The notes beneath the pieces were generated by a model. That model saw only the letters and a program-made list of their open reading frames with translations. It was not told the DNA's origin and made no database searches. From assembly GCA_964016885.1 (NCBI GenBank), contig OZ024741.1, forward strand, positions 60,822,001 to 60,886,000: 64,000 nucleotides of DNA, written 5' to 3'. The stretch is from Eledone cirrhosa (lineage: Eukaryota). Of this stretch, positions 33,894 through 54,232 are shown piece after piece. Within the stretch, counting starts at the first letter, position 1; each line of letters opens with the position of its first letter. A program made the position numbers and the translations under genes.

Positions 33894-33917
33894 CTTATAT
33901 ATATATATATATATATA

Positions 33918-33968
<51 letters not shown>

Positions 33969-34122
33969 GTATATATATATATATATATACGTATATATAC
34001 GTATATATATATCTTATACATACCATGAATTTCAACGTACACCCACTAACGTCTCTCTCTCAAACCACCGGACCTTGTTACCCGGAGATTTACCCATTTG
34101 CATTGTCGAGGCTTCCAAACGA

Positions 34123-34252
<130 letters not shown>

Positions 34253-34289
34253 GATATACATATATATATATATATATATACATTATATA

Positions 34290-34323
<34 letters not shown>

Positions 34324-34361
34324 CATATCTATATATATACATATATATACATATATATACA

Positions 34362-34403
<42 letters not shown>

Positions 34404-34404
34404 C

Positions 34405-34453
<49 letters not shown>

Positions 34454-34494
34454 TATATACATATATATATATATACACATATATATATATATAC

Positions 34495-34543
<49 letters not shown>

Positions 34544-34554
34544 CATATATATAT

Positions 34555-36672
34555 ACAAATCTAAGAGCAGAATCCCTAGAAATAGAAAAACGCTCATCAG
34601 AAAAATTAAGAGAACGAACAAAAAAATCAACAAGCTGAAATACTGTCAGCAGCAACACATCAACTTAACTGCCATTTCATCACTAGAGATTAAAAAACAT
34701 AACCTCCAAAACAACATAATGTCCCTCATCAACAATCAGAGAAGAGCTGAGGAGGCCTGGGCCATTGAGAAGATCAAACTCAATCCCAAAGTGTTCTTTT
34801 CATTTGCAAAAAAACACAAAATCACTGGCTCTACGGTTGGCCCTCTACTTGATGAAAATGACACTCTTCAAGACAATGCTAAAACCATGGGTGAGATACT
34901 GCAGAAACAATACTGCTCTGTTTTCAGCAATCCTGATATGGCCGATCTGGGCTGTATCGGCGATGTTACTCCCCATTACACCTTATCGGACATAACGTTT
35001 GGCGCCCCTGATGTCTTGGCGGCAATAAAGGAAATCAAGCATAATTCAGCAGTAGGTCCCGATAGGTTCCCTGCTTGTGTCTTGAAGGCGTGTCAACACC
35101 AACTTGCATCTCCTCTTGCCAATCTGTGGCGGAACTCACTGGATGCTGGATATGTGCCAGAAAACCTACTATCCCAGTCTGTTGTCCCAGTTTTCAAAAA
35201 GGGAAACAAATCCCTTGCCGTGAATTACCGTCCAATCTCACTCACCTCTCATATCATTAAGGTATTTGAGAGAGTGGTGAGATCGCGAATGACCCACTTC
35301 CTTGAGAGTAACAATATGCTGAACTCCAACCAGCATGGATTCCGTAATGGAAGGGATTGCCTGACGCAGCTACTGCATCACTTTGATGACATTTTGAGAG
35401 CCTTGGGAGAGGGTTCCAACACTGATGTTATCTACCTTGATTTCAGCAAGGCCTTTGACAGGGTTGATTATAACATTCTACTGAGAAAGCTGTCCAATAT
35501 TGGTGTCACTGGAAAGCTGCTGCAGTGGATCAAGAGCTTCCTGTCAAACAGAACCCAACATGTTGTAGTTGAGGGAGTCAAATCCAGCCCAGCCAAAGTC
35601 AGTAGTGGGGTCCCACAAGGCACTGTGTTGGGCCCACTTCTCTTCATCATCTATATTAATGACATCACTGACATCATCAAACACAGCAACATTAAAATTT
35701 TCGCTGATGATTCCAAGCTCCAAAAGGTCATCAATGGCGTGGATGACCGGATAAGCCTTCAGTCAGACCTACTGGCTGTTACCCAATGGGCGGAAAAGAA
35801 CAACATGTTACTGAACGAAGACAAATTCGAACTGATCCACTTTGGAAAAGAGGATGCTCTGAAACTCCCGTACTCCCTTCCCTCCGGGGAAACTCTCGTG
35901 GCATCTAACAACATCAGAGACTTGGGAGTAACGGTGGACAGCAACATAAGCTGGACCACGCATATAAGCAGCAAAGTTGACATGGCCCGCAGAATGTGTT
36001 CCTGGATCCTCAGAACCTTCCAGTCGAGAGATTCCCGCACCATTATCCTTCTCTTCTCTACTTTTGCCCGACCACACCTTGAATACTGTTGTCCACTGTG
36101 GTCTCCCCACACGAAACAAAGTATCATGAAACTTGAAGCTCCTCAAAGGGCAATCACGAAAAAGATAGATGGCATGTCAGACCTTGACTACTGGGGTCGA
36201 TTAGAAAACCTGAAACTTTACTCACTCCAACGTCGCCGTGAGCGTTATATTATCTGCATGATGTGGAAAATGTTCCATCATCACTGCCCAAATGATGTTG
36301 GCATCGCCTTCAAGATACACCCAAGGCTTGGGCCCCGTGCTATCCTCCCATTCAAAAATCTAAATCGCAACTCATAACAACAATACGGCACAATTATTTC
36401 ACCTCAATCGGCCCTGCTCTCTTCAACATCACACCAAGACACCTCAAAACAGAAACTGACCACACAAAATTCAAGAAGTCTTTGGACAAATTCCTCCAAG
36501 TAATCCCGGACAAACCACCCACACCCGGATATGTCTCCGCAAACAGTAATTCTCTTCTCGAATGGGCCATGGTGCCCAAATCCTGAATTGAAAGACTTCG
36601 CCAGGTGGTGCTATTAAGTTAGACATGGCCTGGGCCAATACTGGCCAAAACATTTCAAAGTTTTCAAAGTTA
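34555..36672 (+). mobile_element. 5'-truncated sister copy of the LINE at 9590-12718 (RT ORF 34719-36377)
   Basis: Near-identical to 10599-12718, with a frameshift near 36350. (TA)n on both sides. Confidence 0.95.
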
Positions 36673-37557
<885 letters not shown>

Positions 37558-37671
37558 TAAGAGGAATTCCAACTTTGTCTGATTTACTCGTTTTATTTAC
37601 AATCCTCTAAAATATATATAATGGTATTATAATGAAATAGTATGATAGAATATTAAATTCTAAGTGTTAAT

Positions 37672-37710
37672 TGAACAAGTACTTTCATGCTTTCGCAATC
37701 TTCAGGTTCA
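37672..37710 (-). ncRNA. Minimal type I hammerhead
   Basis: tgaac-CTGAAGA-t tgc gaaa gca t-GAAA-gtac-TT-gttca. Confidence 0.85.
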
Positions 37711-37756
37711 TGATATGTGGTGACAGTCGAGTTTGCAATTTTCAACTGTGAAAATT

Positions 37757-40700
37757 GGGGTCTTTAATTTGTTGTTTATGTACCCGGACTCTATCATGTA
37801 GTCCCGTTCCGGTTTCCCCCAATGTAATACTCTTTACACTGTGGACATGTTGCGCAATATATTAGGTTTTTCGTTTTGCAGTTCATGTTTGCATTGACCT
37901 TGAAATTATCATGGTTTTTGAAGGACAACTGTTTGCCCTCTTCGATGAGTTCACAGGTACCACATCTAGGGTCCCCGCATTTCGTCACTTGCATTGATTC
38001 CATGTTGGTCGTAAATTTTGCCTTGGTAATTAGTTTTTTAAGGTTGGGTGCTTGGCGTCTGCTATAAATTATCTGTGTGATTTTAAGAGTGCATTCATTT
38101 TGGTAGATTGCTCTAGAATCGGGAGATACTGCTTAGCAGTTTTCACAATGTTGACGTTCCCTGGGTTGTGAATGATGACAAAAGAGATAGCAGGGTTTTA
38201 TTTTTTATGTTGTGGGTTTGGTTTTCTCAGTGTTGTTATTGCGATGTTCTTAGCCTTGGAGATGGCTGCGTTGATGAGTTTCATCGGGTATTCTTGTTTT
38301 TTAAGGAATTTTTTCAGGTCACATAATCTTTTTTCTTGTAGTACGGGGTGTGTTGCTATAGTGCAGATGCGCCTTGCAATGTTGAAGGGAATGTTCCTTT
38401 TCGTATGTGAGGGGTGTGCTGACCGGAAATTTAAGTATTGGTGTGTGTCAGTGGGTTTGCAAAATAGGTCCGTTATGATATTTTCCCCTTCTTTAATGAT
38501 GAGGATATCTAGAAAGGGCAGTTCCTTTTCGTTACATTCCATAGTGAATTGTATAGCTTCATGAAGCCTGTTTAAGATCGAATAACATTTTTGGCTTCTG
38601 TTTGCCTTCTGTTCCAGAAGATGAAGCAGTCATCTAGGTAACGTTTCCAGTTTTTATTAATGTAGAAGGCGAAGTCGTGACTGAATGTTATCTGTAGTTG
38701 GCAATATAATTTTTCATCTAAGTGACCCATAACGAGCGTTGCATATGTAGGGGCCACTTTGGTACCCATGGCTGTTCCTTTTATTTGTAGATAAAGTTCG
38801 TTGTCAAAGAGGAAGTGGTTGTTTTCCAATACTAATATAAGTCCTTCCAAGATGAATTCTTTGGTGAATCTTTCTGAAATGTGACTTGAGTGTTTTGTAA
38901 TCCAGAAGTCCACAACTTCAATCCCTAGGTCGTGTGGGCTGTTAGTGTACAGGCTTATTACATCAAAACTGACTAGGATTGTATCCTGGTGTACTTTTTG
39001 CGGGATATAGTTAAGGAATTCCATATCATCTCTGATGTAGCTTGGAACTTTTTTACATAGGGGTTTGAGTATGATGTCTAATAGGTTGCTTAGACGTTGT
39101 GTGCTTGAGGCTGGGCCAGCAATAATGGGGCGTCATTTTAAGTCTGTCGGTTTTGGTGCTTCGATGTATGATGTATTTTTCCCTTTTATGTTGTTTTGGA
39201 TTTCTATGGACTTGTAAATTTTTGGTAATCCATAGAAATTGCTGGTTTTCATTTCGAAGTTGGTTAGGTAATCTACATCTGTTGGTGTTAGGTTGTTTTG
39301 GTACTTTGTTGTTAGTTTGCCTATTTGGTTCCTCGATTTCCTTTCTTCGTTTTTAGTGATTTTCCTGTAGAAGTTTTCGTCATTCAAGTGTGCTAGAACC
39401 ATATCTTTGTAGTGGTTTATGTCCATGATGACGATTGCTCCACCTTTGTCCGCTTCTTTTATTATTATTGAGGAATCCCTTTGTAGCTTGTTCAATGCTA
39501 GTAGTTGGTCTGTAGGGATGTTGCGTTTGTGTTTCGTCTCGTCCGTATTTGTACGTGCTGATCGCCGAAGGCAGATTATGTACTCCTCCAGGTATTTATC
39601 TCTATTTAGCGGGGGTGTGAAGTTCTTTTTTGTTTTTCACCAGTGATTCTTCCTCGTATTGTACACCCTGGAAGAATTCTCCTAAGCGTAATTTTCGACA
39701 GTATTCTTCTGTGTCTTTTATAACATCGGCTGTATCTGCTTTCGGACTGGGAGTGAACTTCAGTCCATTTTCTAACAGTTGTATTTCTGGTTGTGTTAAT
39801 TTCTTGGCTGATATATTGATTATTTTTGGTTCGATTGGTTTTTTCTCGTCAGGTGCCACTTGAAAGGTAGTGCTTTTTTCTTTTTTTCTTTCATTTGGTG
39901 CGAGGCCCTTACTCCTAAAAAATGGGTGCCATTTGGGATAGGGGTGTTTCTGTTGTGGTGAAACCTTTGGCTCGCCGGAACTTCATGCCGGTAACTGGTT
40001 TGGCGATAGACTCTTGCATGGTCGTTGCTGTATGGGGGTCTGGTTCTTCTGTTGTTTCGTTCAGTATTCATGTGTCTCTGATTTTGTCTCCGGTAATTGT
40101 TCTTGGTGTTATGGCAGTGGTTGTATCTGGTTCTGGTGTTGAGTATTGGGTCTGTATGTAGTTGTGTGTTTGGGGTTACCCGATATCTGGTTGTTGTTGG
40201 TTTGTGTGTGGGTGCTTCATTTCTTGTGTTGTTGTATTTTCCTGAGTTCTGGGGTTTCCTATGGGTTTGTTTTCTAGGTTTTATTTGGTCTTTCCCATAG
40301 TTATCTTCATATTCTTGAAGCCATTGAGTTCTTGATTCCAAGATTTTCTTTGATTTTAACCCCTCTCTAGTTGTATCTGTCTGCCATAGGTTAAGGAGTT
40401 TTTCACGTACATTGTCGCTGCTTCTTTTGTTTATTTCCTCTTGGATGGTGGTGTCGCATTTTTCAAATTTCTCTTTGAATTTTGGCACTCTTAGGCGGAG
40501 TATGGTGATTTCGGTCTCAAGTGTTTGGAGTGCTAGATTTAGTCTTGTTGCAGTTTCTTCCTTTGATTCCGATGGTATTTCTTTAATTCGGAATTTTCTC
40601 GGGAGGATAACTCGTTCCTTGTTACGCCATATTTCGTATGTGTCTGCTAGGTTTTCACTCCTCAAGGCTTTCCAGTATACCTGTTTTCTTTGATTTAATA

Positions 40701-41074
40701 GTTGGTTCCAAATGTTTTTCATTTGGTTTCTTTTTCTGTAGGCTTCTTTTTCTAGATTCAGTTCATTCCATTCTTTCAATGCATTATTGGTGATGGAGTT
40801 CTGTTCATGTGTAGCTATTTCAGGGGAAAAGGTTTGTTCTTGTTTTTGTCGGTCTGTAATAAGTGAATCAAGTTTTTCCCTATAGCTGCGTGTTTGTTGT
40901 TCCATTTCTTGTACGGCATTCCTAAGGGAATCATATTTATCTATTATTATGGTGAGTTTTTCTGATATTTCCTGTAGTAGTGTCTCCAATTTGAGGTATT
41001 CAGTAGAGGATTTTGAACGTGTGTTAGCCATTCTGTCTTGTACAAGGGGATAGAATATTGGAAAATGTGTGTAA

Positions 41075-41076
<2 letters not shown>
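37757..41076 (-). mobile_element. Near full-length Neptune-like PLE body (N-terminal extension, RT, Cys linker, GIY-YIG), frameshifted
   Basis: ATG at 41031 (MANTRSK). Motifs LENGLKFTP, IIKEADKGG, FYGLPKI, SFDVISLYTN, GTAMGT..APTYA, RYLDD, PFLDILI, KCGDPRCGTC and LIYCATC..YYIG. Confidence 0.93.
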
Positions 41077-42940
<1,864 letters not shown>

Positions 42941-44862
42941 TGGAAAATGTGTGTAATCCTTGGTACAGTTAGGTATATTTTTTGAACTCTTTGAGTCGGA
43001 AAATTCCTCAACTTCGCGGTGGAATTTATCGTGACGATGGACTCTTTACTATCCTAAATTGCAATATAGTTAAACTTAATATTATTAAGAACAATATACG
43101 TAATCTCATTAACCAACATAACCTAAAAATTGAATTTGATAATAGTATCAAACTAGCTAATTTCTTGGATGTATCTCTTAATCTTGACACTGGCCTATAT
43201 TACCCTTACCATAAAAACAATGAGAACCTTAATTATGTTAACTTTAAATCTAACCATCCTACCAATATCAAGAACGCTATAGTTAATAATATTGGAAATA
43301 GAATATCTAACATATCTTCTAATAAAAACATCTTTGATGCTAACGCCAATTACTATAATAACGCACTTTCTAAAGCCGGCTATCCAGATAAAATCAAATA
43401 TAATAAAGAAACAAATTCTAGAAAAACTTACAGTAGAATAATTAATCATGACCATTCCAATAATTTTAATAAAAACCTAGATACAAAAACATAATCTGGT
43501 ATAATGCTCCTTTCTCCATCTCTATTAATAACAATATTCCTAAATTATTTTTTAGTGCCTTAAATAAATGCTTCCCTCCCTCACATATCTATAGTAAAAT
43601 ATTTAACAAACACACCATCAAATTTTCGTATTCTACATCCTCCAATATTTCCAACATCATCTCTAAACACAACAACAAAATATTAAATACTAAATCTCTT
43701 CCTTCCAATATTGAATTTCATAATAACAGTAATAGTACTCCTGACGTCATTGTAAACCCTAGGCTAACTTCTGTAAACCCAAATACAACGTCAAACACAA
43801 CTTCGCTAAATGTTCATAATCCAACTCTAAATCAAGAAACTATTATTCCTATTATTCCTATCGCAAACAACTTCTCCAATCCAATTCCTTCTATAGATAA
43901 CACTAGATCACTCATTAATAATCTCTCTAATTGCAACTGCCGCATTAAAAATAAATGTCCTCTCAACAACCATTGCCTCGATAAAAACTTAATTTATTAA
44001 TGTAAAATTATAACTAGCACCAATTCCTTCACCTATTTTGGCTCCACTTCCACCTCTTTTAAAGCTCGTCTCTATAATCATCATTCATCTTTCAAATACA
44101 AACTTAAAAGAACTAACACTGCTCTCTCAGAACTCATATGGTCCTTAAAAGACAAAAACATTAAATATACCATCTTTTGGAAGAAGATTTCTTCTGCATC
44201 CTCATACTTGAACAGCTCTCTATCTAAAATCTGTAATCTCTGCCTAAATGAAAAATTTACCATTATCTCTAACCTAGATTCTATAATAAATAGACGCTCA
44301 GATTTGTTTTCTATCTGCCTGCATAAATTCCATAGAACTTTTCACAAAGTATACAGTTAATATTCAATTCTTTATCAATTTAGAATCTTTTCTCAAAGGC
44401 ACATATACATACACCTCTTTAAAATATACCCATCTACCTTACTTTAAAGGGCATTATACACTCTATAATACTCGTTTACTCATTACCCTCATTCTATCTT
44501 CTCGTAAAATCATAACATTTGTTTTTGTCATTTGAATATTCATCCGCAATCATTATTATTTTTTCTCTCTATCATAAATCTTTTTAATCTCAATTTCATC
44601 CTTAATTTATTATTATTTTTTTCTCCCCATCAACGAACTCATTATTAATACATATTAACTCTTTATTCGCACATATTATCAATTCAATCAATATACAAAC
44701 TTTAACTTTACATTATTTTTCTCAAATCCTTCTACACACAAACCTTAACAATTTTTCTCTTCGCTAATTTTGAAATTGCCACAACACATACATTTCTTCT
44801 TTTGACGTTAGAATATTCACCCACAATTATTATTTTTTTCTCTCTATCTTCATACATAATTT

Positions 44863-45495
44863 CCCTTCGTTAATTTTCAAATTCCTTTAATTTATACATT
44901 ATCTTCCAACGGTTCCCAACCTCTCTATATTAAAACAATATATCTTTTTCTCAGTTATAAAAACTATCTCTTTCTCTCTATCACCCATCTCTCCCTCTCC
45001 ACCTTCACTCTCATCTCCTCCCCCTTTTTTTTCATCCTTTCCACCCCCCCTCCCTAAATAAAATATTTTTTCCTCGCACGTATCCTCCCTTCGTTAATTT
45101 TCAAAATTTTTATTTTATACAGTATCTTCCAACGGTTTTCAACCTCTCTATGTAAAAAATATATCTCCTCTCAGTTATAAAAACTATCTCTTTCTCTCTA
45201 TCACCCATCTCTCCCTCTCCACCTTCACTCTCATCTCCTCCCCCTTTTTTTTCATCCTTTCCACCCCCCCTCCCTAAATAAAATATTTTTTCCTCGCACG
45301 TATCCTCCCTTCGTTAATTTTCAAAATTTTTATTTTATACAGTATCTTCCAACGGTTTTCAACCTCTCTATGTAAAAAATATATCTCCTCTCAGTTATAA
45401 AAACTATCTCTTTCTCTCTATCACCCATCTCTCCCTCTCATCTCCTTCCCTTTTCATCCCTCCCCCCCCTCTCTCTAAATAAAATATTTTTCCCA
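44863..45495 (+). repeat. Tandem repeat of about 220 bp (3 copies) in the PLE 3' UTR
   Basis: 'cccttcgttaattttcaaa' at 44863, 45087 and 45307. Confidence 0.9.
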
Positions 45496-45588
45496 ATATC
45501 ACACATCAATCTAAAACCACTTTTCATATGTTGATTTAAAACTGCACTATCCACAAGTGTTTTTTAGCCTTCATATCATGTTCTCCTG

Positions 45589-45655
45589 TTTTATCTGATG
45601 AAAACACAAATATTATTGCTTGATGATGTTTGTTTTTGAAATGCGCATAATAAAA
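45589..45655 (+). ncRNA. Type I hammerhead in the Naiad-like pLTR
   Basis: ttttat-CTGATGA-long hairpin (caaatattat/atgatgtttg)-GAAA-tgcgca-TA-ataaaa. Confidence 0.88.
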
Positions 45656-45781
45656 TATATGGAACTCCTTTAACCATCTTTTGATCTTATATTATGCATA
45701 CTCCAGTCCCACAAACTGTAGAGTGCTTCTTATCCGATATCTGCATTGCTTTATTGTACTACAATAAAACTCACCTCCTAC

Positions 45782-45871
<90 letters not shown>

Positions 45872-45872
45872 C

Positions 45873-46121
<249 letters not shown>

Positions 46122-46124
46122 AAC

Positions 46125-46239
<115 letters not shown>

Positions 46240-49200
46240 TTTAAAAGAATAGAGGTGTAACACACGAGTTATGATATATTGGTAAAAGGAAAAGAAAATG
46301 CTGACAAATTGTTCCCAGTGAAAAATAGTTTAATTAGGAATAAGTAAAAATTAGTAATAGTAATGGTGAGTATTCAGTTTTGGTTTTAAGTTTTACTGGG
46401 TGCGCATTTCTAATGCTTTTCAAAAACAATTTTGAGATAGAGCGCCCGTGATGTTTGCTCTAATCTGATTAGTTTTGGAAATTCTACCTGTTTTATGTAA
46501 AAAAAGTGGCTCCAGATGTATGAAAAAATTCTTGTGGTCAAAACAATTTTGATTGGTCGGTAGAGGTCATGTGAATGTTAAAAATTGATTTTTCGCCAAA
46601 TGTAGGTTTGTCTCGGCTAATTGAGAAGTCCCTGAAAAATAAGTCTTTCAAGACAAATATGTGTGTGTGTGTAGTAGTAGTAGTAAAGAGGGTTCGTTGT
46701 TGTGATAATGGTCAGCAGGGTTGTGTGTGCGAACCGGAGCCTGTTGACAGTTCAAATGCCTATTAAGACAAGTGTGTGTGTGTGTGTGTGTGTGTAGCAG
46801 AGTAATTCGTGGTAGAGGGATGGCCAGTAGGAATGTGTCTGTACGTGTGTGGGGGATATTTTAACATGTTAAAAGATATTTTTTGTTCTTGTCTTATACG
46901 GAGAAGTGTCTGTGTGTGTGTATATATGTCTCTTTGTATGTTAATGTACGCGTGTGTCTGTGTGTGTGTATATATATATATGTGTGTGTGTGGGGAGGGG
47001 GGGGGGACCAGTATTTTGTGATACTGGTAAAAATGGTGTACATTATTCGATATTTTCAGTAAAAACGATTCTCTCAATAGAACATCAAAAACCTTAATAA
47101 TAAAAGGTGTGAAATGATATAAAGTATTGTCATAATACCACGGTGTGTGTGAGTGTCCAGATTGTACGTACTGCAAGGGGAATCCATTAGGCCTTGCCGT
47201 ATTGGAATAATTGTGTACAAATATGTATGTGCCCATCAGTGTGCAATGCATGTGTGCGTATATGTATGTGTGTGTGTCGGCACGTTTGTATCTATAGACA
47301 TCAAAAGGTATGCAAATTTGTGTATATTTGTGTTGCACCATAGAACATGTGTGTTTACGTATGTCATTGTATTTATATGTGGATAGAGATGTATGCTGAT
47401 GTAGGTATGTATGTTGACGTGTGTATGTTGTGGGTTCGTCTTAGGGAGAAGTGTTTAGACGGGGTCCGTATTTGTTAATAAAGTGAGATTCCTTGCTGAT
47501 GCGTTGGGTGTGGGTGGCATTATCTTTAAATTTGTAGAGGGAAAAGATTCTGAAGTTGGGATGATTTTGGGCGGCACAGGTATCAATGTTTTCACTCAGT
47601 GGTATTTTCCTGTATTCCCGTATTTTAATTTGGGATCTATGGACAGTCATGCGTTGGCGGAGGCTGATTTTGGTCTGGCCTATGTATTGTTCTCGACAAC
47701 CTGAGCAAGTTAATACATATATTAGATTTTCTGATGCGCATGTGAAATTGTGTTTTACTATAAAACGTTTTCCTTCTTTTAAATAGAATTACGAACCCTC
47801 TATTAAGTTGATGCATATGCCACAGTTGGGTCTATCGCATTTTTTTACTGTGGGTTTCGTTGTTGTGGCTGGCAGTAATTTGGCATGTGTTAGAATGTTT
47901 TTCATTGACTTAGATTGTCTTTTGCTCTTTATAATATCGTGTGTTCGTAGGATTTGGTTCATTCTATGGTCCTTTTTCAACACAGGGATGTTCTGGAGGA
48001 TGGTGTCAAAGGCCTCATTGTTGAGGGGGTTGTGTGTGGAGATGTATGGAAGAGCCTTTAGTTTCGGTTGATTTACTTTAGGGTGTCTAAGGTCCTGGGT
48101 ACTGTGTTTTAGGGCCCGTTGGATTCCATTGTCAATTAGTGATGTAGGGTAGTCCCTGCCTATGAGTGTGTCCTTTAGTTCTTGTAGCCGCAAGTAGCAG
48201 GTGTTTTTATTGGAGACTATAGTATAGATTCTCTTGGCTAAGTTGTAGGGAATATTAATGTTAACGTGTCTAGGGTGGCAAGAGTTGAAAGTAAGATATT
48301 GCTTGGAGTCTGTGGGCTTGTAGTATATGTCTGTTTCTATTTTCTTGTTATGAATCTTAATGAGGATCTCGAGGAAAGGGAGTTGTTGATGGCTGTATTT
48401 CATCGTGAAGTTAATATTCGTGTTGATCCCATTTATAAGGGTGTGAAATTCTTTAAGTTTCTCGATGTTTTCGTGCCAAAGGATTAAGCAGTCATCTAGA
48501 TATCGCTTCCAGTTCCTTTCTATGTGTAAGTGGAGAGTGTTTCCAAATTTGTTTAGTACTTTAGTGTAGAGGGTGATTTCCAGGTATCCCATGACAAGGT
48601 TGGCATAAGTGGGGGCTGTTTTCGTTCCATAGCGGTCCCAGATTTCTGCCTGTAGGGATTGTTATTGAAAACGAAGTAATTGTTCTCCAAGATAAATTTA
48701 AGTCCCTCTATCACGAATTCTTTTTTAATGCGTTGTGGGAGTTCATTGTGGTAATTATCCAGCCAGAATTGGATAGCTTCTATTTCTTGGTTGTGGGGGA
48801 TGTTGGAGTATAGGTTGACTACATCGAACGTCACTAGTAGGGTTTGTTCAGAAAGGGACATATTAGGGAGGTGATTGAGCATATCTAGGTCGTCCCTTAT
48901 AAAGCTTTTGATGTGTTTGAGAAAAGGCTTGAGAAGGGTACCAATGAAGTTGCTAAGGCGGTTGGTTTCCCAAGCGGGGCCTGCTATTATAGGACTTAAT
49001 TTGAGATCATTGGGTGAGGGGACATTGATGACTATGTCTGTGGCTTCCTTGCATGCCTTACTTATTAATTCACTTTTATGTACTTTAGGGATAACGTAGA
49101 AAAGGCTGGATTTACTTGTGAAGTCTGTGATGAAGCTGAATTCCTTGTTAGTGAGTCCTTCTTTGTATTGGTTGATCAGAGTTTTTAGGTTTCTCATAAT

Positions 49201-50160
49201 TTTTTGTTGATTGTAGTGTTCAGCCTTTTCGTAGTATGTTTCGTTTTCCAAAGTGGAGAGCGCTAAGTTGATATAGAATTCTGTCTCCATTAGGACTACT
49301 GTACTCCCTTTATCAGCCTCTTTAATTGTAATGGTTCTGTCGGTTTTTAATCTATTTAATTCTTCCCATTCTTTCTTGTTGAGGTTTGGCTTGTGTTTTT
49401 GTCTGTTGGTAATGGAAGTTTCTGATGTGTTCACAGAATTCGTCCAGGATTTTATTTCTACCTTTTGATGGGGTGTAATTGCTTCTATTTCTGGCTAATG
49501 ATTCATCCTCATTGTACTGGTCGAATAGTTCTTCACTGAGTCGTAACTTCCTACAGAAGTCTGTGATGTCTTCGTTCATTTCATAGTAGTTAGGACGTAG
49601 TGGGGTCGGTGTGAATTTAAGACCTTTGGAGAGTAAGTTGATAAGGTTGGGTGTTGGTTCTGCACTTGTTAGATTGATAATTTGTATTACTCTCGGTTCC
49701 TCCTCCCTGTCTTGTGTTATTTTGTTTACCTGTATCTGTGTGTTGTGTCTAAAAAATGGTTGGGGTAGAGGGGTTGTCTGCTGATGTTAAGTGGTCTCCT
49801 GTGTTTGTTATATTCCTTGTTGTTGTAAAATGTGGTTCGGGTTCGTGGTTGTAGATTGAATGGGGTATTCTGTATTGCGAGTAAGGATGTGTGTTTCTAT
49901 GTGCCATGTTGGATTGTGGTGTTATAGGTGGCCTACGTTGTTGGTTGAATCGTGTGGTGTGGGTTTGTTGTGTATTGTGGAAGCGAGAGTTGAGTAAATG
50001 GAAATTACCTTGCTGTCCCCTTGAAGCGGAGAAGTTGTTACATTTAACATGGTGGTGGTATCTTTTCCCTATGTTTGAGGATGAGGCATCCGCGTAGTAG
50101 TTGAGTGATTTGGTATGGTGTCTTCTTGAAGGAGGGAAGTTGTAAATGTCATTATGGGGA
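46240..50160 (-). mobile_element. Neptune-like PLE, frameshifted, related to the element at 3287
   Basis: ORFs 49352-49579, 48553-49434, 47789-48592 and 47441-47650 carry [55 protein letters not shown] and RMTVH..LN. Confidence 0.93.
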
Positions 50161-50173
50161 ATGTATATATATG

Positions 50174-50208
<35 letters not shown>

Positions 50209-50359
50209 GTATGTATATACATATATATATATGTATATACATATATATATATATATATGTATGTATATATATATATATATATATATGTATATACATATAT
50301 ATATCTATCTATCTATGTATATACATATATATATATGTATATACATATATATATATATG

Positions 50360-50445
<86 letters not shown>

Positions 50446-50690
50446 ATATATATATATATATATACAAGTTAATATATATTAATATATGATAAACACATAC
50501 GTGTTTGTATTGTAAGAGACAAAGTTAACTAGAATGAAATAAACTAATTAAAATGAATACAATTTGTCAGTCTCGATATGTCAATAAAGACAAGCTTATA
50601 TTGGCAAAAGCCGTGATTCCTGGACAAATTTAAATTTCAAAATCCAAACTTGCTCCGTAGATGAATTTGAACTTCGAAACCTAAATATAC

Positions 50691-53336
<2,646 letters not shown>

Positions 53337-53339
<3 letters not shown>

Positions 53340-54084
53340 AACCAGTAAGACCCCGACAGCTGAGCTCAAGCCGTTTCGACGGCTAATTCTGGACTAAATG
53401 AAAATTTATCCTGGTATTTAAATAGCCGATCTTCTCAAGGGGTAATTCCATATATGGTCAAAGTGATTGTCAAAAATCAGTAGTAATTCTGTGGTTGCAA
53501 ATTAGTAGGGGAGATGGTGGCTAAACCTGCCAGTAGGAGAAAGAGGGGAGGGGGTGGAGTAGACCCAATCAAGCGTTGGTAGTGCCAGCTACAGCTGGGC
53601 ATGAGGTCAAAGAAGATACAGGGGAGGGGGAGGGGGAGGAAGTCGGAACGGTAGGTAGAACAATGGAAAGAAAAAAAAAAAAATACTGAGAGTGAAGAAA
53701 AGCAAATAAGTGTAAAGAAAAAAGTAAAGTAAATTAAATACTACGACCTAGGTCTCAGGCTATAGTTAGGCAGAATAAAATAAAGAAAGAAAGAAAGAAG
53801 TAAAGAAATAAATAAATAACGAAATAACGAAATAAGTAAAAGAACTAGGTGGGACGGATAGGCAAGGACCCTTTTAAGAGGTATAAGTACCTTTTAAGAG
53901 GTATAAGTACCCCTACTAATTTGCAACCACAGAATTACTACTGATTTTTGACAATCACTTTGACCATATATGGAATTACCCCTTGAGAAGATCGGCTATT
54001 TAAATACCAGGATAAATTTTCATTTAGTCCAGAATTAGCCGTCGAAACGGCTTGAGCTCAGCTGTCGGGGTCTTACTGGTTCCT
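53337..54084. mobile_element. Family E element in a head-to-head inverted arrangement with two hammerheads
   Basis: Arms 53337-53511 and 53910-54084. HHRs at 53350-53443 (-) and 53978-54071 (+). A 20-bp tandem duplication (53871-53910) marks the junction. Confidence 0.9.
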
Positions 54085-54162
54085 ATTACCCACTCTACTA
54101 CCTCAAGTATTGCGTACTTTGGTGCGTTATGGTCCACCTGGTTCCTTACCACATTTCCTTCG

Positions 54163-54232
<70 letters not shown>

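Larger units (their letters stand above)
42970..45783 (+). mobile_element. 5'-truncated Naiad-like PLE, AT-rich family, with a long 3' UTR
   Basis: [57 protein letters not shown] and CNLCLNEK..INRRSD..CLH. The ORF ends at 44360. Confidence 0.92.

Noticed and set aside
50605-50682. Minus-strand 3' half of a hammerhead (GAAA-tttaaa-TT)
   Set aside because: There is no CUGANGA half before the microsatellite, and it could be chance in AT-rich DNA.
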